From: Pecten maximus
Taxonomy: Eukaryota
Direction: 5' to 3'
Assembly: GCF_902652985.1 (NCBI RefSeq)
Contig: NC_047019.1
Coordinates: forward strand, 17,050,001 to 17,114,000
Length of the DNA stretch: 64,000 bases
Positions 41,901 through 54,179 of this stretch are shown here, one piece after another. Both the position numbers and the translations under genes were made by a program. The notes under the pieces were generated by a model, which made no database searches, was not told the origin of the DNA, and worked only from the letters and a program-made list of their open reading frames with translations. Each line of letters begins with the position of its first letter. The first letter of the stretch is position 1.

Positions 41901-44139
41901 CACATATTTGTTTTGATATATATAGTAGCTATTAATCATATTCATTTCATACAGATACCATTAAAAATTATTTCAAACATAATTTGATACAATTATATTT
42001 GTTCAAAGGAAGACCTACTGGGCCAAATTATTGTGATTTATATATCTAAAGGACAAATCAAAATTCCTTGTCAAGTTCAGTGGAGTTAGAACCACCTTTC
42101 CCAAACAGTACTGTTGTCAAAATATAAACTATTGTTCCTAAATTTTTCCCCTATTTTATTACAAGTGTTATAATAATAAAATAAGAGTATAATTAATGTG
42201 TATGCTTCATACATTTATGTAAAGCAAGGTAAATCAATGTAGAGTTTTTGTGGTTTTCATTCTGGAAAAGAACTGCTCAAACAATACTTGTATGACCGTG
42301 GCCATGCATGTAACTATAAACTTCTGTAACTGCATACGATACATCATCATGCAAATATAATTAATAACTAAACATCTACTTACCTGTAAGTTTTTGAACT
42401 TTGGCTTTTCTTGCAGATATAGAATTGGTTTCTAGATCTGTTTGCCAGTTTTCCTCATCATTTTCGTAAATATTCTCTTTGTTATACAAATATTTTTTTC
42501 TCTTCTTATTTTCTGAGTTTTTTCTGGAACTTTTGTAGCTGAATATACTGCAAAGAGCTTGAATGTTGTCCCAAGACTCCTGATGTTCCCTGCCCTTTAT
42601 GTGGAAGTGTGTTTTCCTTCTAAGCCTTTGTTCTAAGCCCTTCAGGTGAAACATGTGTGCTTTTTTGAGGAGACTTTCTTTCCCCTCCCAGTCCTTTTGA
42701 TGCCTTATGCATGTTTTTCTTTCAATATTTGTTTGTAATTTCTTCTTCAAAATCTTCTTTCTTCTGAATTCAAATTTAAACTGCAGGTATTTATCTGGTT
42801 TTCTTTTTTGGTGATTTTTCACATAAGAGTGGCTCTGACCTTTCATTTTTCTTGTAAATATGTGATTGGTTTCTTCTGTCTGCCAGGATTCTAGATGATT
42901 TTTCTTTTTCTTTTTTCTTTTCTTGTTTCTAGAGTTTTTCCAGATACATTTGCATCCTATTTTGTTATAGAGAGCATGCCTGTTGATCAATGTCTGCTGT
43001 TTTCCCAAGCAATTCCTGTGGAATGCATGTGCTTTTCTTCTAACCATTGAGCTCTCAGTTCTTTTCCAGTCCTTCAAATTCATGCCAAATAAATGTACTT
43101 CTCTTCTTGGACTTTTTGTTTCATCCTCGCTTTTCTGACATAGTGTGTGAGCTCTTCTTTTATTTCCTTTCTTTGAAATCTTCTTTTGTCTAAATATTTT
43201 TGGCCAAAATATGCAATAATATGTCTTCCTTTGACAGTGACCATAAGAATGTTGTCTTTTCTTTTTCCTAGATGCTGTTGGCTTGTATAAAGTCCTGTTT
43301 TTATCCTTCCGTCGATGTTTACTGTCATATTCTCCCGTGTTGGTCTCTAAAACAGGACATTCCTTGAATTGGTCATGGTTTGGGTTCTCAGTAGGTCTAG
43401 AGTCAGTCCTCAAATTCAGCACCTCCTTAGGATCACCAGGCAGCACTGGCTCTCCAAATACAGAAGTTTCCTCAACATTTTCTTGAATTGCAGTTTCCAT
43501 CAAGGATTCCAAGCCTCTGTTAGGATTTACATCATTCTGTGCTTTGGGATTTAAACATGGACTTCTGGCTACTGCAGTGTCCTTATATGATCTGCAGTCA
43601 AAGCAGCACGGTCTTAAATGCTCGGCCAGGTCCAAGGCTTCAATCATAGAAGCTGAATTGCTTCCAAAGAGGTCAGAGGTATTCAAGGAAAGACTAATGC
43701 AGTCAATGTAATGGTTTCTATATAGACTAGCAGACAGGCCTGATTGTTGATTTCCCAGATTTTGAAAAAATTTGTGATCTGAAATTGAGTCAAATCTGTA
43801 TGATCTTCTTAGTCCATAGTCATTTGGAACATCATCAGTAAAAGTTTCAGAGGTGTCTTCATATAAACTAGATGTACTCAGAGAAGGTCCTAGTGGTTCA
43901 CTTACAAATTCTGACCACTTCCTCGAATCCTGATACTCATCACTGGTACTGTCACTTGTAGTTTTACAGTCCTCGATGGAATCTGTACTATGCTGAATAA
44001 ATGCCTGGCAACTATCTGTATGATCAATAAAATGTTCTTTACTTTCTTCTGTTACAACTTTTTGGCCAGGTTGATGACAGTTTTCTTTCCTTTTCCTGTT
44101 TTTAAATGGATTCAATATTTTAATTATGAATTTCTTCAT
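32961..44139 (-). CDS. C14orf28-like protein (USP/papain-like motifs) with long Lys-rich and Gln-rich N-terminal extension, ~1057 aa
   Basis: Phase-consistent exons 44139-42384, 41882-41388, 39953-39787, 38910-38636, 36991-36926, 35940-35749, 33183-32961 (3174 nt). Motifs IRLIHTCQIDCIL, KCTNKSC, CSEC, CRQGSPPLL, YRLDAL..H..QWIYYDG, AYFRR are collinear with my recollection of C14orf28 (IRLKNTCTIDGFL, CSNWRC, CHGAPPFV, YLLEG..H..HWMHYDG, VYIR). Confidence 0.72.
34330..35400 (+). repeat. Interspersed element with ~150-bp internal repeats (related copies at ~37020-37900 and ~41050-41360)
   Basis: Recurring AAATAGTGATAACAAACTTC..AAAATCCAAGATGGC..GCCATTTTG..GGGAACCTACA units; AACAAGAGATCC..GGATCTT hairpin start. 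Confidence 0.65.
39029..39148. repeat. Perfect 60-bp tandem duplication (intronic)
   Basis: TTATCCAAAGTCAAAAACAGG...TTTTCCATTTC twice. Confidence 0.9.
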
Positions 44140-44578
44140 CTTGACACAGGATTATGCAAATGTCCTTCCTTTTCACCTTCCTTTCACCAAAGACAAATCT
44201 GAAATATAAAGATGCAAAAAATGTCTAAATAATGTATCAGATGATGATAAATGTAATAATAAATTAAAAAAACAAAATGCCCATGGGCCTTGACGGTCAC
44301 GTTCACCTGAATTTTGAAATATTCAGTTAATTTAATTGACCCAAATAGAAATCAAACAAATGATAGTCAAAACTGTAAATTCCCTATACATTTAAACTAT
44401 ATACTATATTGCCCTGATAACACCCAAAAACGAACGAAACTGTACTTTACTTCTAAAGAATGAAAGATGGCGAAAAAACGTCCTCGCCATTCAGACGATT
44501 TTCACGAAATTTTGATAGATAAAAATACAAACATTTGCTTGGGAAGTATGAAAAAGAGTGAATAAACAGTCAACTTAC

Positions 44579-44720
44579 TGTTTAACTGAAATTTATGTTC
44601 TTTTTGAGACATTAGGACAGATATTTGCCAGTTAAAAACGTCTCCATCGTTATGAAGGAAATGCAGTTACGCGACTAATAATCCGGACGGAAGTCCGGAC
44701 CAGGAATTCAGGAATGCAAA
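44579..44720 (-). promoter_or_regulatory. Probable non-coding first exon / promoter of the C14orf28-like gene
   Basis: Donor GTAAGT (minus strand) at 44578, acceptor at 44199 upstream of ATG 44139; CpG-containing ETS-like CGGAAGT motif at ~44688. Confidence 0.4.
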
Positions 44721-45242
44721 AAAAAAAAAAAAAAAATTTTTGTAAATGTATCCGGCACTGGAAATAATCAAATTAGCCATTCAAATTCTTTGATTATTTT
44801 TTGTATTTTAAAATTAAAAAAAAATTTATTGTAACATGCTAAAAGAATTTAAATGTATATATTAATGAAAATAAAAGAAACTGAATTAAATTTTTTTTTA
44901 AATATTGTACCACATATGTAGAAATAGGGATATTTTTATATATTGTCCATTATTATAAGCATTTTATTTCATTAAGTGAATAGTGATTTTTTTTTTCTTT
45001 CGTTTTCCTCAAGAGGTCTCTTACAGATTTGATTATATTCACAATCTTAACTGATGACTGAGGTAATTCCTTTTCATATATGTACTAATACTTGTAGCTG
45101 ATAAATTTTACATATGTGGCAGAATAATTATGAACTTTCCTTTTCGGGTCATTTTCTTTGAACCTGGATTAAGAGACCACCTGTCATATGTGACCTTTTT
45201 CATTGCCTCCCTTGGAAGGTCACATATGACAGGTTTGACTGT

Positions 45243-45830
45243 ATATATAAACTATAGTAAAGTTTACCCCTTCACAAGGGATAAACTGAGACCCCAGAGT
45301 CATGAAATTCATAATTTTGGTATACGTAACGTAAAGCACCTGAAGATCCTTCCATATATGAAGTCAGAGTACATGTATTTGATTGTAACTTATTTGGGTT
45401 TAGAGAAGGAGTTTTTTGAAATTTCAGTTAATTTGACCCTTTTTCGCCCCACCCATAAGCCCCTTGGGGGGTCAGTCAATGCCAACATGTGCATACCATC
45501 AAGCTGTCATCTCATGCTGACAATGTTAACAAAGTTGGAATGAATTCATTAAAAGGCAATTGGAACAAATAATGCTCAAAAATGTGATTTCTATATACCG
45601 TATAAACTATAATAAAGTTTACCCCCTCTGCTGGGGCAAAACCGAGACCCCAGGGTCATGAAATTCACAAATTTGGTAAAGCACCTGAAGATCCTTTCAT
45701 ACATGAAGAGTACATGTATTTGATTCTACCTTATTTGGTCCTGAGAAGAAGTATGTTTTTGAAATTTCAGTTAATTTGACCCTTTTTGACCCTGCCCATG
45801 AGCCCCTGAGTGTCAGTCTCAGTGCCAATA
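45243..45830. repeat. Diverged direct repeat, period ~355 bp
   Basis: TATAAACTATA(G/A)TAAAGTTTACCCC...GTGCCAA block at ~45245 and ~45601. Confidence 0.7.
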
Positions 45831-46999
45831 TGCACGTTTACGTACTATAAGTCACCTTATTATAGCCCTAGCCTGGCTAACCGGAATTTCCCTTCACCTT
45901 TTTTAGCGATAGGATGTTTGCATTGAGCGTGAGATGTTGCTTGTATGAAATTCGGCTCCCAGCATGTTTATACCCTGGTAATTTTCTTCAAAACTAAATA
46001 TAATGTTCATGTTAATGTAGCCATTACAGTGTATAATTCAAATCCTCCAGGGAATATTTAGCTAGGCCTATTACTGGCCTGCTTATAATAGCTGCCATTC
46101 CACAATTACACAACACAGGGATAGCTTGGTAAAGTGGCCGAATTTGTTTACCCCATCAAAATGAGTGAAATGACACAAAAGCATTAAACATGGAATTTTA
46201 GGTCTATCCAATGTTATGATATTAGTGATAGCAATAATTAGAGAAATAATCTATAAACAAATTAGTAACATATTATAAGGCCCTATATATACGGTGTATA
46301 TATGGCACTAAGCAGATAGTTTAGCTTAATTATCATGATCAGCGTATATATTCCAGTCAATTGCATAATATATTGATTATCAGGGTTTTTTCTGGGGGCT
46401 TTTTGGGGCCATTAATGGGCCCCATTCCCAGTGAAATTATTTCATATTTAAGTCTTATTCCCACAATTTGCAGTTTACATTTACTCCTGAAAAAATCTTT
46501 ACCAATTCACCAATATTATTATCTTCCCAAAATGAGACCTCATGAATTCCTTCAATATAATTTATCTACTATAGTGATTAAATAACTATATATGTATGCA
46601 AGAATTAAAACATTTACACAGATCTAGACTATTAATTATGAAATGCATGCACAAAAAGTACACACAACAACAAGCATTACCTGATTCCCCTCTCTATTCG
46701 ACAATATATCAATATAAATCACAAACTATGTACCATATTGGTGGAAGGGGAAAAACCCACATTGGTACAAACGTAACATATAAGTATAATTCAATTTTTT
46801 ATTACCTTAGGCCTTAATTTCGGCCCATCGGTTTTTAACAAACATATACATATACATGATACATTTACACAAAATCTCACACTCTACAGTGTACATGTTA
46901 CATAATACTAAAGCCTTACACCTGTACAGTCAGGTATCAAAATAATGGAACAGGTGGACGAACGGACAGATTGAAGAACATACAAATATCATCACTTTG

Positions 47000-48095
47000 A
47001 AAAATACATTGCAGTAATAATGTAGTTACACAATTCTACATTAATAGGCTTCTGAAATAAATCTTCCTAACAAATTCAATTCTTTCTGACTTCTTGAGTT
47101 TAATAATTCGATAACTTTGAGAACTGATGGCTTGTGCCAAAAATATTTTTTTATATATTTCTTCCTAATATCAGTATAACAATGACAGAAAAGTAGAAAA
47201 TGATATTCATCTTCAACATCTAATGAATTACAATATGGACAATATCTGTAACACCTTTCTATGTTCCTGTATCTTCCGGATTCTACAGCTAAATTATGGG
47301 CAGATGGACGAATTTTAGTAATCATAATTCTTCGTTGTTTTGGTAATGATTTAGTCGGATAGAATTGTAAGGCCACCTTATCAACCATATTCCTATAGAG
47401 TTCACATTTACTCGAAGTTTGTATTAAATTAAATAAATTTTGATTGGCCTGATCTTCAATTCTCTGTTTAATTAGAGGCATTAAAAGATGAATGTCAGTG
47501 GGTGTCTGTCTCGCCCAGACATAACCAAAACCTAGCTCAAATAATTTTCGTTTTAGAAGAACTAACCAATTTTGCTTATGACGTTCGATCCTTCTCCATT
47601 TCCCTGTAAAGAAACTCATACGCCTCAGTTAAGATACAATTATCCGAATTTAATAATTTTAACCAATATTTCAACATCCTAAACAATTGTGTATTAGCTA
47701 GCGGTTGGCGACCAAGTTCAATATATACCATAGCGTTACATGTAGATTTCTTTACACCAAGTAAATTTTTGCAATATTCCAAATGAATTTTTTCTACTTC
47801 AAGCGCTTTATTAATTCCCCATATTTCACACGCATAAAAAAGAATACTTCCGACATATGTATCAAAAAGGTGCAACATAGTTTTGATATTCAAACTCATA
47901 TTATTACATTTGGAGCGAAGAGCAAAAAGAGCTTTTCGTCCTTGTTCAGCCACATGTTTAGACATAAAACTAAATTTATTGTTGAATCGGAAGAGGGCGC
48001 CTAAATAACAAAACTGATCAAATAATGAAAGCAATTCCAAGTTTCGTTTACTTTAACTATATATATGCCGCCATTACGAAAAATTAGTATTTACT
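47000..48095 (-). pseudogene. 3' fragment of a non-LTR retrotransposon ORF2 (RTE-X/CR1-like), frameshifted
   Basis: FCYLG, LFYACEIWG, VYIELGR, KIRPSAHNLAVESGRY..CPYC..VEDEYHFLLFC C-terminal Zn-knuckle motifs across ORFs 47576-48040 and 47041-47619. Confidence 0.85.
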
Positions 48096-49015
48096 GTTAA
48101 CTTCCATTTATCTGCATAGGTATCACCAGATCATCAGGGTACAGAAGAAGGAATAGACTCAATTCAGGTATAGGCAGGTATACGTGACCAAAGTGCGACT
48201 GCCATGCAACAAAGAACAGGCAATGTCCAGTGAAAAGTGGTAGCCATTGATCACCTATAGCAAATAAAATGTACTGACCATCCAACCGAAACCGTCTTGC
48301 ATAACAAGTACTATATATGCAATAACCACACACGGAAGCCGTGCAGGGGCAGATATTTAAGCATTTAGAGAGAACTCCAAAATTCACCAGTGGCTGGGAT
48401 TTGCATGTGCAAAAACATTACTGGATAACAGCCAATTAAGTCATGTGATTAATAGTTATATTGATCAATTAAAACAGACAACTAATAAAGGTGCGTTTAA
48501 GTTTGAGTGTACTGTACATTTGTATATAGCAGTCCTGTACGAGCTAGCTAAAAGTCTCTGGCTATTTCTTTGATATAGGTCTCTGGTTCTAAGGAACAAC
48601 AGCCAGCTAAAAGTCTCTGGCTATTTCTTTGGTTCTAACGCCTACCGACAAGGCAATCGTCATAACTTCCGCGCGGTGTTATCCTCTAACATTGTTGGAG
48701 TAAGTTGTCCCCTTAGCTTCTAGTACAACTAGGATGAAGCCGACATTTTGGGAATTTCAAAAGTGTCTGTGCCTGCGCCACTTCTGAAATTCCCAAAATA
48801 CAGAAAAACAGGCTGTAGTTGACACTTCACAATATACAAATGTACAATAATCTTTATTTAAAATCGCATTAATTTGTAGGCCTACAGACAACATTAGTTG
48901 TGTTCATGTGAACTAAGGTATTTTGGCTATTTTTTTTTTATAATATAAGACTACTGACATTTCTTTGTGTCCGAGATGACTCAAACGAGAAAGACTTCTA
49001 TATTAGTCTCAGTAC

Positions 49016-50418
49016 TGTAGCTACACTAGAACGAATATTCATACCCTGCCTACACTGCTCTCCGACCCTCCGTCAGAAATTGTCCGTCAGTCGTCCAGAG
49101 CTACGTTATCGCAGCTATATACAGCTGATATAGCTACACTACAGTTAGCTACATACACTTTTATTATGTGGTATAGACGAATTCTCGTCGTCTGCGACTT
49201 TTGTCAAGTAGCTTAGGCTAATCGGACGGTTTGTGGCAAGTGATTCTGTAGTGGTTTTGGCTCTTACTAGGTGTATGTACCCTTAGTCGCGATGTTAGCC
49301 GTACTCTGGGGGGTTCAGCCTAGGGTTTTCGGAGGGATATCGTGTCTAGTTTGACATGTGTCTGATTCGGGTTATTGTTGCGGCCATCTTTGGAGATGGG
49401 CCGTGATCAGCATGTATCAAGTGCTGTTATTGGTCGAGGCACCGGCGGTGGAGCCAGTCGTTGGGTCTCATAATTAGGTTCACTGGGGTCACGGGTATAA
49501 AAGTCGAGCACGTGTGTGAAATGTGCCTTTCTGCCGGAGAATTGGTGAGTTGCAGTCGGTTTCTGCATCATTTCTGACGCTTTGAAAACAGAGCAACTCA
49601 ACACAATGAAGCTAGTTTAGACCCTTATGCTTTGAAAACAGAGCAGACTAATGTTTGTTGTTAGGCTCTTTTAGAACATGACACGCTCGGAAAACTGAGC
49701 GAGCTCTCGGCATGTTTACATTATTTACGTAGGTTTACTTCAGCTACGCTCTGAAAACAGAGTGGTGGGTTGGACTTTAGAACACGTCAGCTTTGGGCTG
49801 GAGTTAATTAAGGAGTCAGTGATGTAATATTAGGATATTAGTACTGTTTGCCTCCACAGTTATGTAGGTTTTGTAATGTTTGACATGTAGTCTTTCCACA
49901 GGGAATGGGGTTGGAAGTAAGGCCCGTCTCGTAGGCTCAGCTATGTATTCTTAGTATTAGTTAGGAGTAATAGACAGTTTTGTCAAGTCACAAGTTCTAG
50001 AGACAATGGTTGGTGTGTAATCTTAACTAGGGTATTGAGGGAAGCACCTGCACGGTGACTGTTCCAGCCTCTATGTTAACATAGGTCATATTTGAGTCGG
50101 TCCCATTTTTCCTAAGTTTATTTATTGTTTATTTTGTTGGTATTTCATTTAGTTAACTATTTTTCTATTGCCTTTACACCTAAGTTTTATTATGTTGAAC
50201 TTTATTTTTGGTTATCTACAACTTTTTGTTACTTGTTGATTTATATACAGGCTGCCTCCATGAAACATAATTAAACTTGTAAAACTTATACTGGTGTTGT
50301 TGTGGATCTTTCCTAACACTTCCGACTAATCCGGAGAAAGAACCGGAAGGTGAGACCGGGAGTTGACTGTTAGCCACGGTTAAAGTTCTATTTTGTAAAG
50401 TTTCGGCCTTGTACAACA
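49016..50418 (+). mobile_element. Probable solo LTR (Gypsy-like)
   Basis: TGTAG...ACAACA ends, 4-bp TSD GTAC (49012-15, 50419-22), TATAAAA at ~49496, ATTAAA at ~50270, higher GC, no ORF. Confidence 0.65.
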
Positions 50419-51039
50419 GTACATTCTAAAAAATAACACAACGCGAAGTCTTTTGTGTGGCAAACTCTCGTCTCCTGACCCCGCCTACTACAATTACTTT
50501 AAAGTTTATCAGTACTGTAATGCAGTAAGCTTTACGACAATTTAGTCTACTTTAATATGCTTTTCAGCTACATCAGTATCTAGAAGAAATATGACACGCA
50601 TCTTTATTAAAACCCAATTACTTACCTTGAACACAATATTACACCAGTCTAGACTCTAGCAGATCGCAAGTTCCGCCGTTCCGTCAAACCGTGACCTTGA
50701 CCTTTTCCTGATCGATCAAAGGTAAATAGCACCGTACAGTTACCGGAAATACTTTATCGATTAGATAGGCCTGATACAGTATATTAGACTTGCGCCAGTC
50801 ACCATCCGCCAACAATTAATTCATAAACAAAATTCAACTCAAATATTTAGTCGCTTGATACTAAAACATTGGATAACGTACCGATTTCATTTTGCACATA
50901 AAAACATATCTTCAGATAATAGCATTTATCTTCTACAGGCGCTTGCATAGAAAATGTGAATTAAAAAAAAATGATATGGCAGTGGTAATGTGTACTGTGG
51001 AAACCACAAGTTTGGCAACTCCGTCACGATCACTGTAGT

Positions 51040-54000
51040 CACCGTATGGGAGCGACACCGGATATTGGTACTAGCTGAAGCGGAGAGAGTGTGACAGCAG
51101 GCCTAACCGGAGGTAAGATTTCGGAAAATTACTATATTTATATAGATCCAACAGAACTAAGGTTTGACAAGTTAATTCATGAGGATTTCCGTGGTCAGCT
51201 CAAGCAAAAATTATAACGACTTGGTGCCACGTATTTTACATTGATCGTAAAACATGCCATCTAGTACCGGCGAAACATTAGGTCTGTCAACTTCACAATC
51301 AGTTTAAACCTTTATTTCTAGCTAGATCCATGCTTATGGTGTTGTTTCTTTTCCATGATTATCTCCACTAACGTTGAGTATACATTATTCTTGATGTTAA
51401 TTAAAAATAGCGTCAAAATCGTTATTTTAAGTTTTTCGAAACTGAACGGCGGCTTGACAGCATTGTGTACGGCTGCTTGATGATTCTATATATCTCAGGT
51501 GCACGGCGTCTTGGTATTTAACATTTTGTATTCCATATTTTTAAAACAATTCAAACATTACGTTGTAGACAAATATAATATATATAGATTGTATTAAGAT
51601 GAACGTTAAGGCAGTGACGAGAAACGAGTCCGTTTAGAACCCCTACAATGGTAACCGGGATCGGTAATATCATATGGTTCTCTAAGCCAGAGTACAATGA
51701 ATCCAACTTCTCGTTTGTCTTTTCGTTTTTGGACCCACATCATCTACTCACCAACTGCAGAGTAAAAGTATGCAAGGATGGATTTCCTCAGAGAGACATC
51801 AGCCGAAATGCCTGGATGGATGTTGCAAGAGGAAACAAAACCAACTTGAAAATTTCACATGTTGAAGATCTGGTCGACAAATAGAGCGATTCTATTGCAA
51901 TGGAAACATTTTCTCTCGACGTGGAAGAGGCTATGGTTGAACTTAATTATACAAAGGAAGCTGCATTTTGTCGACTTGTTAGGGAGTTCCACGAAGCAGA
52001 TGACACGCCAGGCATATCTGCTTTAGAAAGGTGTCAAAGAAGACTAAAATCCGTGAATGGCTTCTTGAGGGTGTGAATTTCGGAAATCTCCCTGCATATG
52101 GATCTCACATTAGAGGAGTACCGAACGTTATGTTTCAGGGCTACATCACCAACGTAGATAGAAGGATTCAACTTTACCTGTATGTTAAATCTGGAAAATA
52201 TAATGTAAAATCGCTTGGAAGTTTAGAAGCAGAGAATATTTTTGGCGAATTTCAAGATCTGGATCCAAAAGGATCAGGAGTGATTAAGACTGAGGACATT
52301 CCAAACGCTATAGAAGCTGCCTGTCAGATGAACCTTTCGAAGGCTAAAGTCTAACCGGTTAATGAGCTCCTGATGGATATGGACGAAGATCATATCGGAT
52401 CCTATATTTGTCCCGTTTCCACAGACCATGTTTTGGTCAGGTCAGTATTTATGTAGGTAATAAGTATTTAGTGTTTCATTCTTCCAAATAATGGGCGACT
52501 ACAAAAACAGCTTACTATTTAAACGATGATTACATATTCCAGGTACAATCCATCTTTCCATACTTATTTAAATGTATCACTTGAGTATGCTATAGTTGAA
52601 ACTTAGTCTAACACCCGACAAGGGATTAAATTAAGACGATTGTTTGCTTAGCATTACCATATTAAAGGCGTCTTTCGTAAGTGTAACCCAGTAATATGCA
52701 ATATGTAAACCTAGGTAAAAAGCGCACGGAAAATTATTAAAATTTCATATTTTAGTCTCTGTGACCTTTATACCTATGACCTTGAAACTTTCAACACTTA
52801 TGCATAATGCGAAGGAGATTTACTCACGTAAGTTTCATACTCGTATCATTATTCTGTCCTTAGTTATATCATTTTATAAAATTTTGGATTTTAGAGTCTG
52901 TGACCTTGACCTTTCGTCCAATGACCATCAAAACCTATAGTTCAAGAATTTTACATTTTGACCTCTGTGACCTTGACCTTTGAACCTATGACCTTGAACA
53001 AGTTTCATGCAAATCTTTACATTCTTATCTATCATTGGTGTAAGTTTGAAGTCTGTAAGTGTTATAGTTTTTGAGATTTGCTCGTTACAAAATCCGTGGA
53101 AGAAAAAGAATAGGAAGAATAAGAACAAACATTACAAAACTAAGATGTCTTTCCGCTGTCGCGGGAAAGCCCTAATTATGTATGTAATTCTTTTACAGGG
53201 ATCATATGTTTGACAACGTCATGAGGTCGAAGAGGAAAGCCAAAAGGAAACTGGTGACCATTTCCGCTCCAGACTCGGCAGCGAGGGGTGTGGCACCTGT
53301 ACGTCAGCACCACAAATGTGACGAAAGTAAAATATTGCCCCATAAACGTCTAGGAATAGAACTGGACTTACGCATTATATAAACCAAGATCAGTGCTGTA
53401 TTGTAAATCGAACGAATTTATTCATTATGGCTTCATTTTGTGTTTTAACCTCCACCTCCACGTCAACAGAAACACCAAAAGAAATAGAGGATAAATCCAT
53501 GTTCTGACAAAAAAGTACAATTACCTCTATATTAGGTATATTATAATGTGCGCACATGTACAAATAAAGTTACTTTATTTTAGGCATAGCATTGGGTAGG
53601 TGTCCTTAATGTTAGAAAAAATAATTCAAGTGATAATTTAATCGCTACTGATCTATTGTCTCATCAGATTCAACATTATTTAACACAACCTTCTTTCAAT
53701 GTCATTCAATGTGCCGTACACTGAAGCACCAATTTGCCGTACACATAATTTCAACACATCTTCAAGCCGCCGTACAGTTTCGAAAAACTTAAAATAACGA
53801 TTTTGACACTATTTTGAATTAACATCAAGAATAATGTATACTCAACGTTAGTGGAGATAATCATGGAAAAGAAACAACACCATAAGCATGGATCTAGCTA
53901 GAAATGAAGGTTTAAACTGATTGTGAAGTTGACAGACCTAATGTTTCGCCGGTACTAGATGGCATGTTTTACGATCAATATAAAATACGTGGCACCAAGT

Positions 54001-54179
54001 CGTTATAATTTTTGCTTGAGCTGACCACGGAAATCCTCATGAATTAACTTGTCAAACCTGAGTTCTGTTGGATCTATATAAATATAGTAATTTTCCGAAA
54101 TCTTACCTCCGGTTAGGCCTGCTGTCACACTCTCTCCGCTTCAGCTAGTACCAATATCCGGTGTCGCTCCCATACGGTG
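51040..54179 (+). mobile_element. DNA transposon A: 418-bp TIRs, CACCG termini, 5-bp TSD, internally deleted
   Basis: TIRs 51040-51457 and 53762-54179 (about 6 mismatches by eye); TSD GTAGT at 51035-39 and 54180-84. Confidence 0.92.
51620..53382 (+). pseudogene. C-terminal remnant of a P-element-related (DxxH) DDE transposase
   Basis: FLDPHHLLTNCR, DK*S..AMETFS..V, SLGSLEAENIFG resemble P-family D..HL.K..R, DKM...A..FS and ENFFG motifs; in-frame stop at 51882, frameshift ~52050; terminal exon 53199-53382 (DHMFD..RGVAPVRQHHKCDESKILP). Confidence 0.65.
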
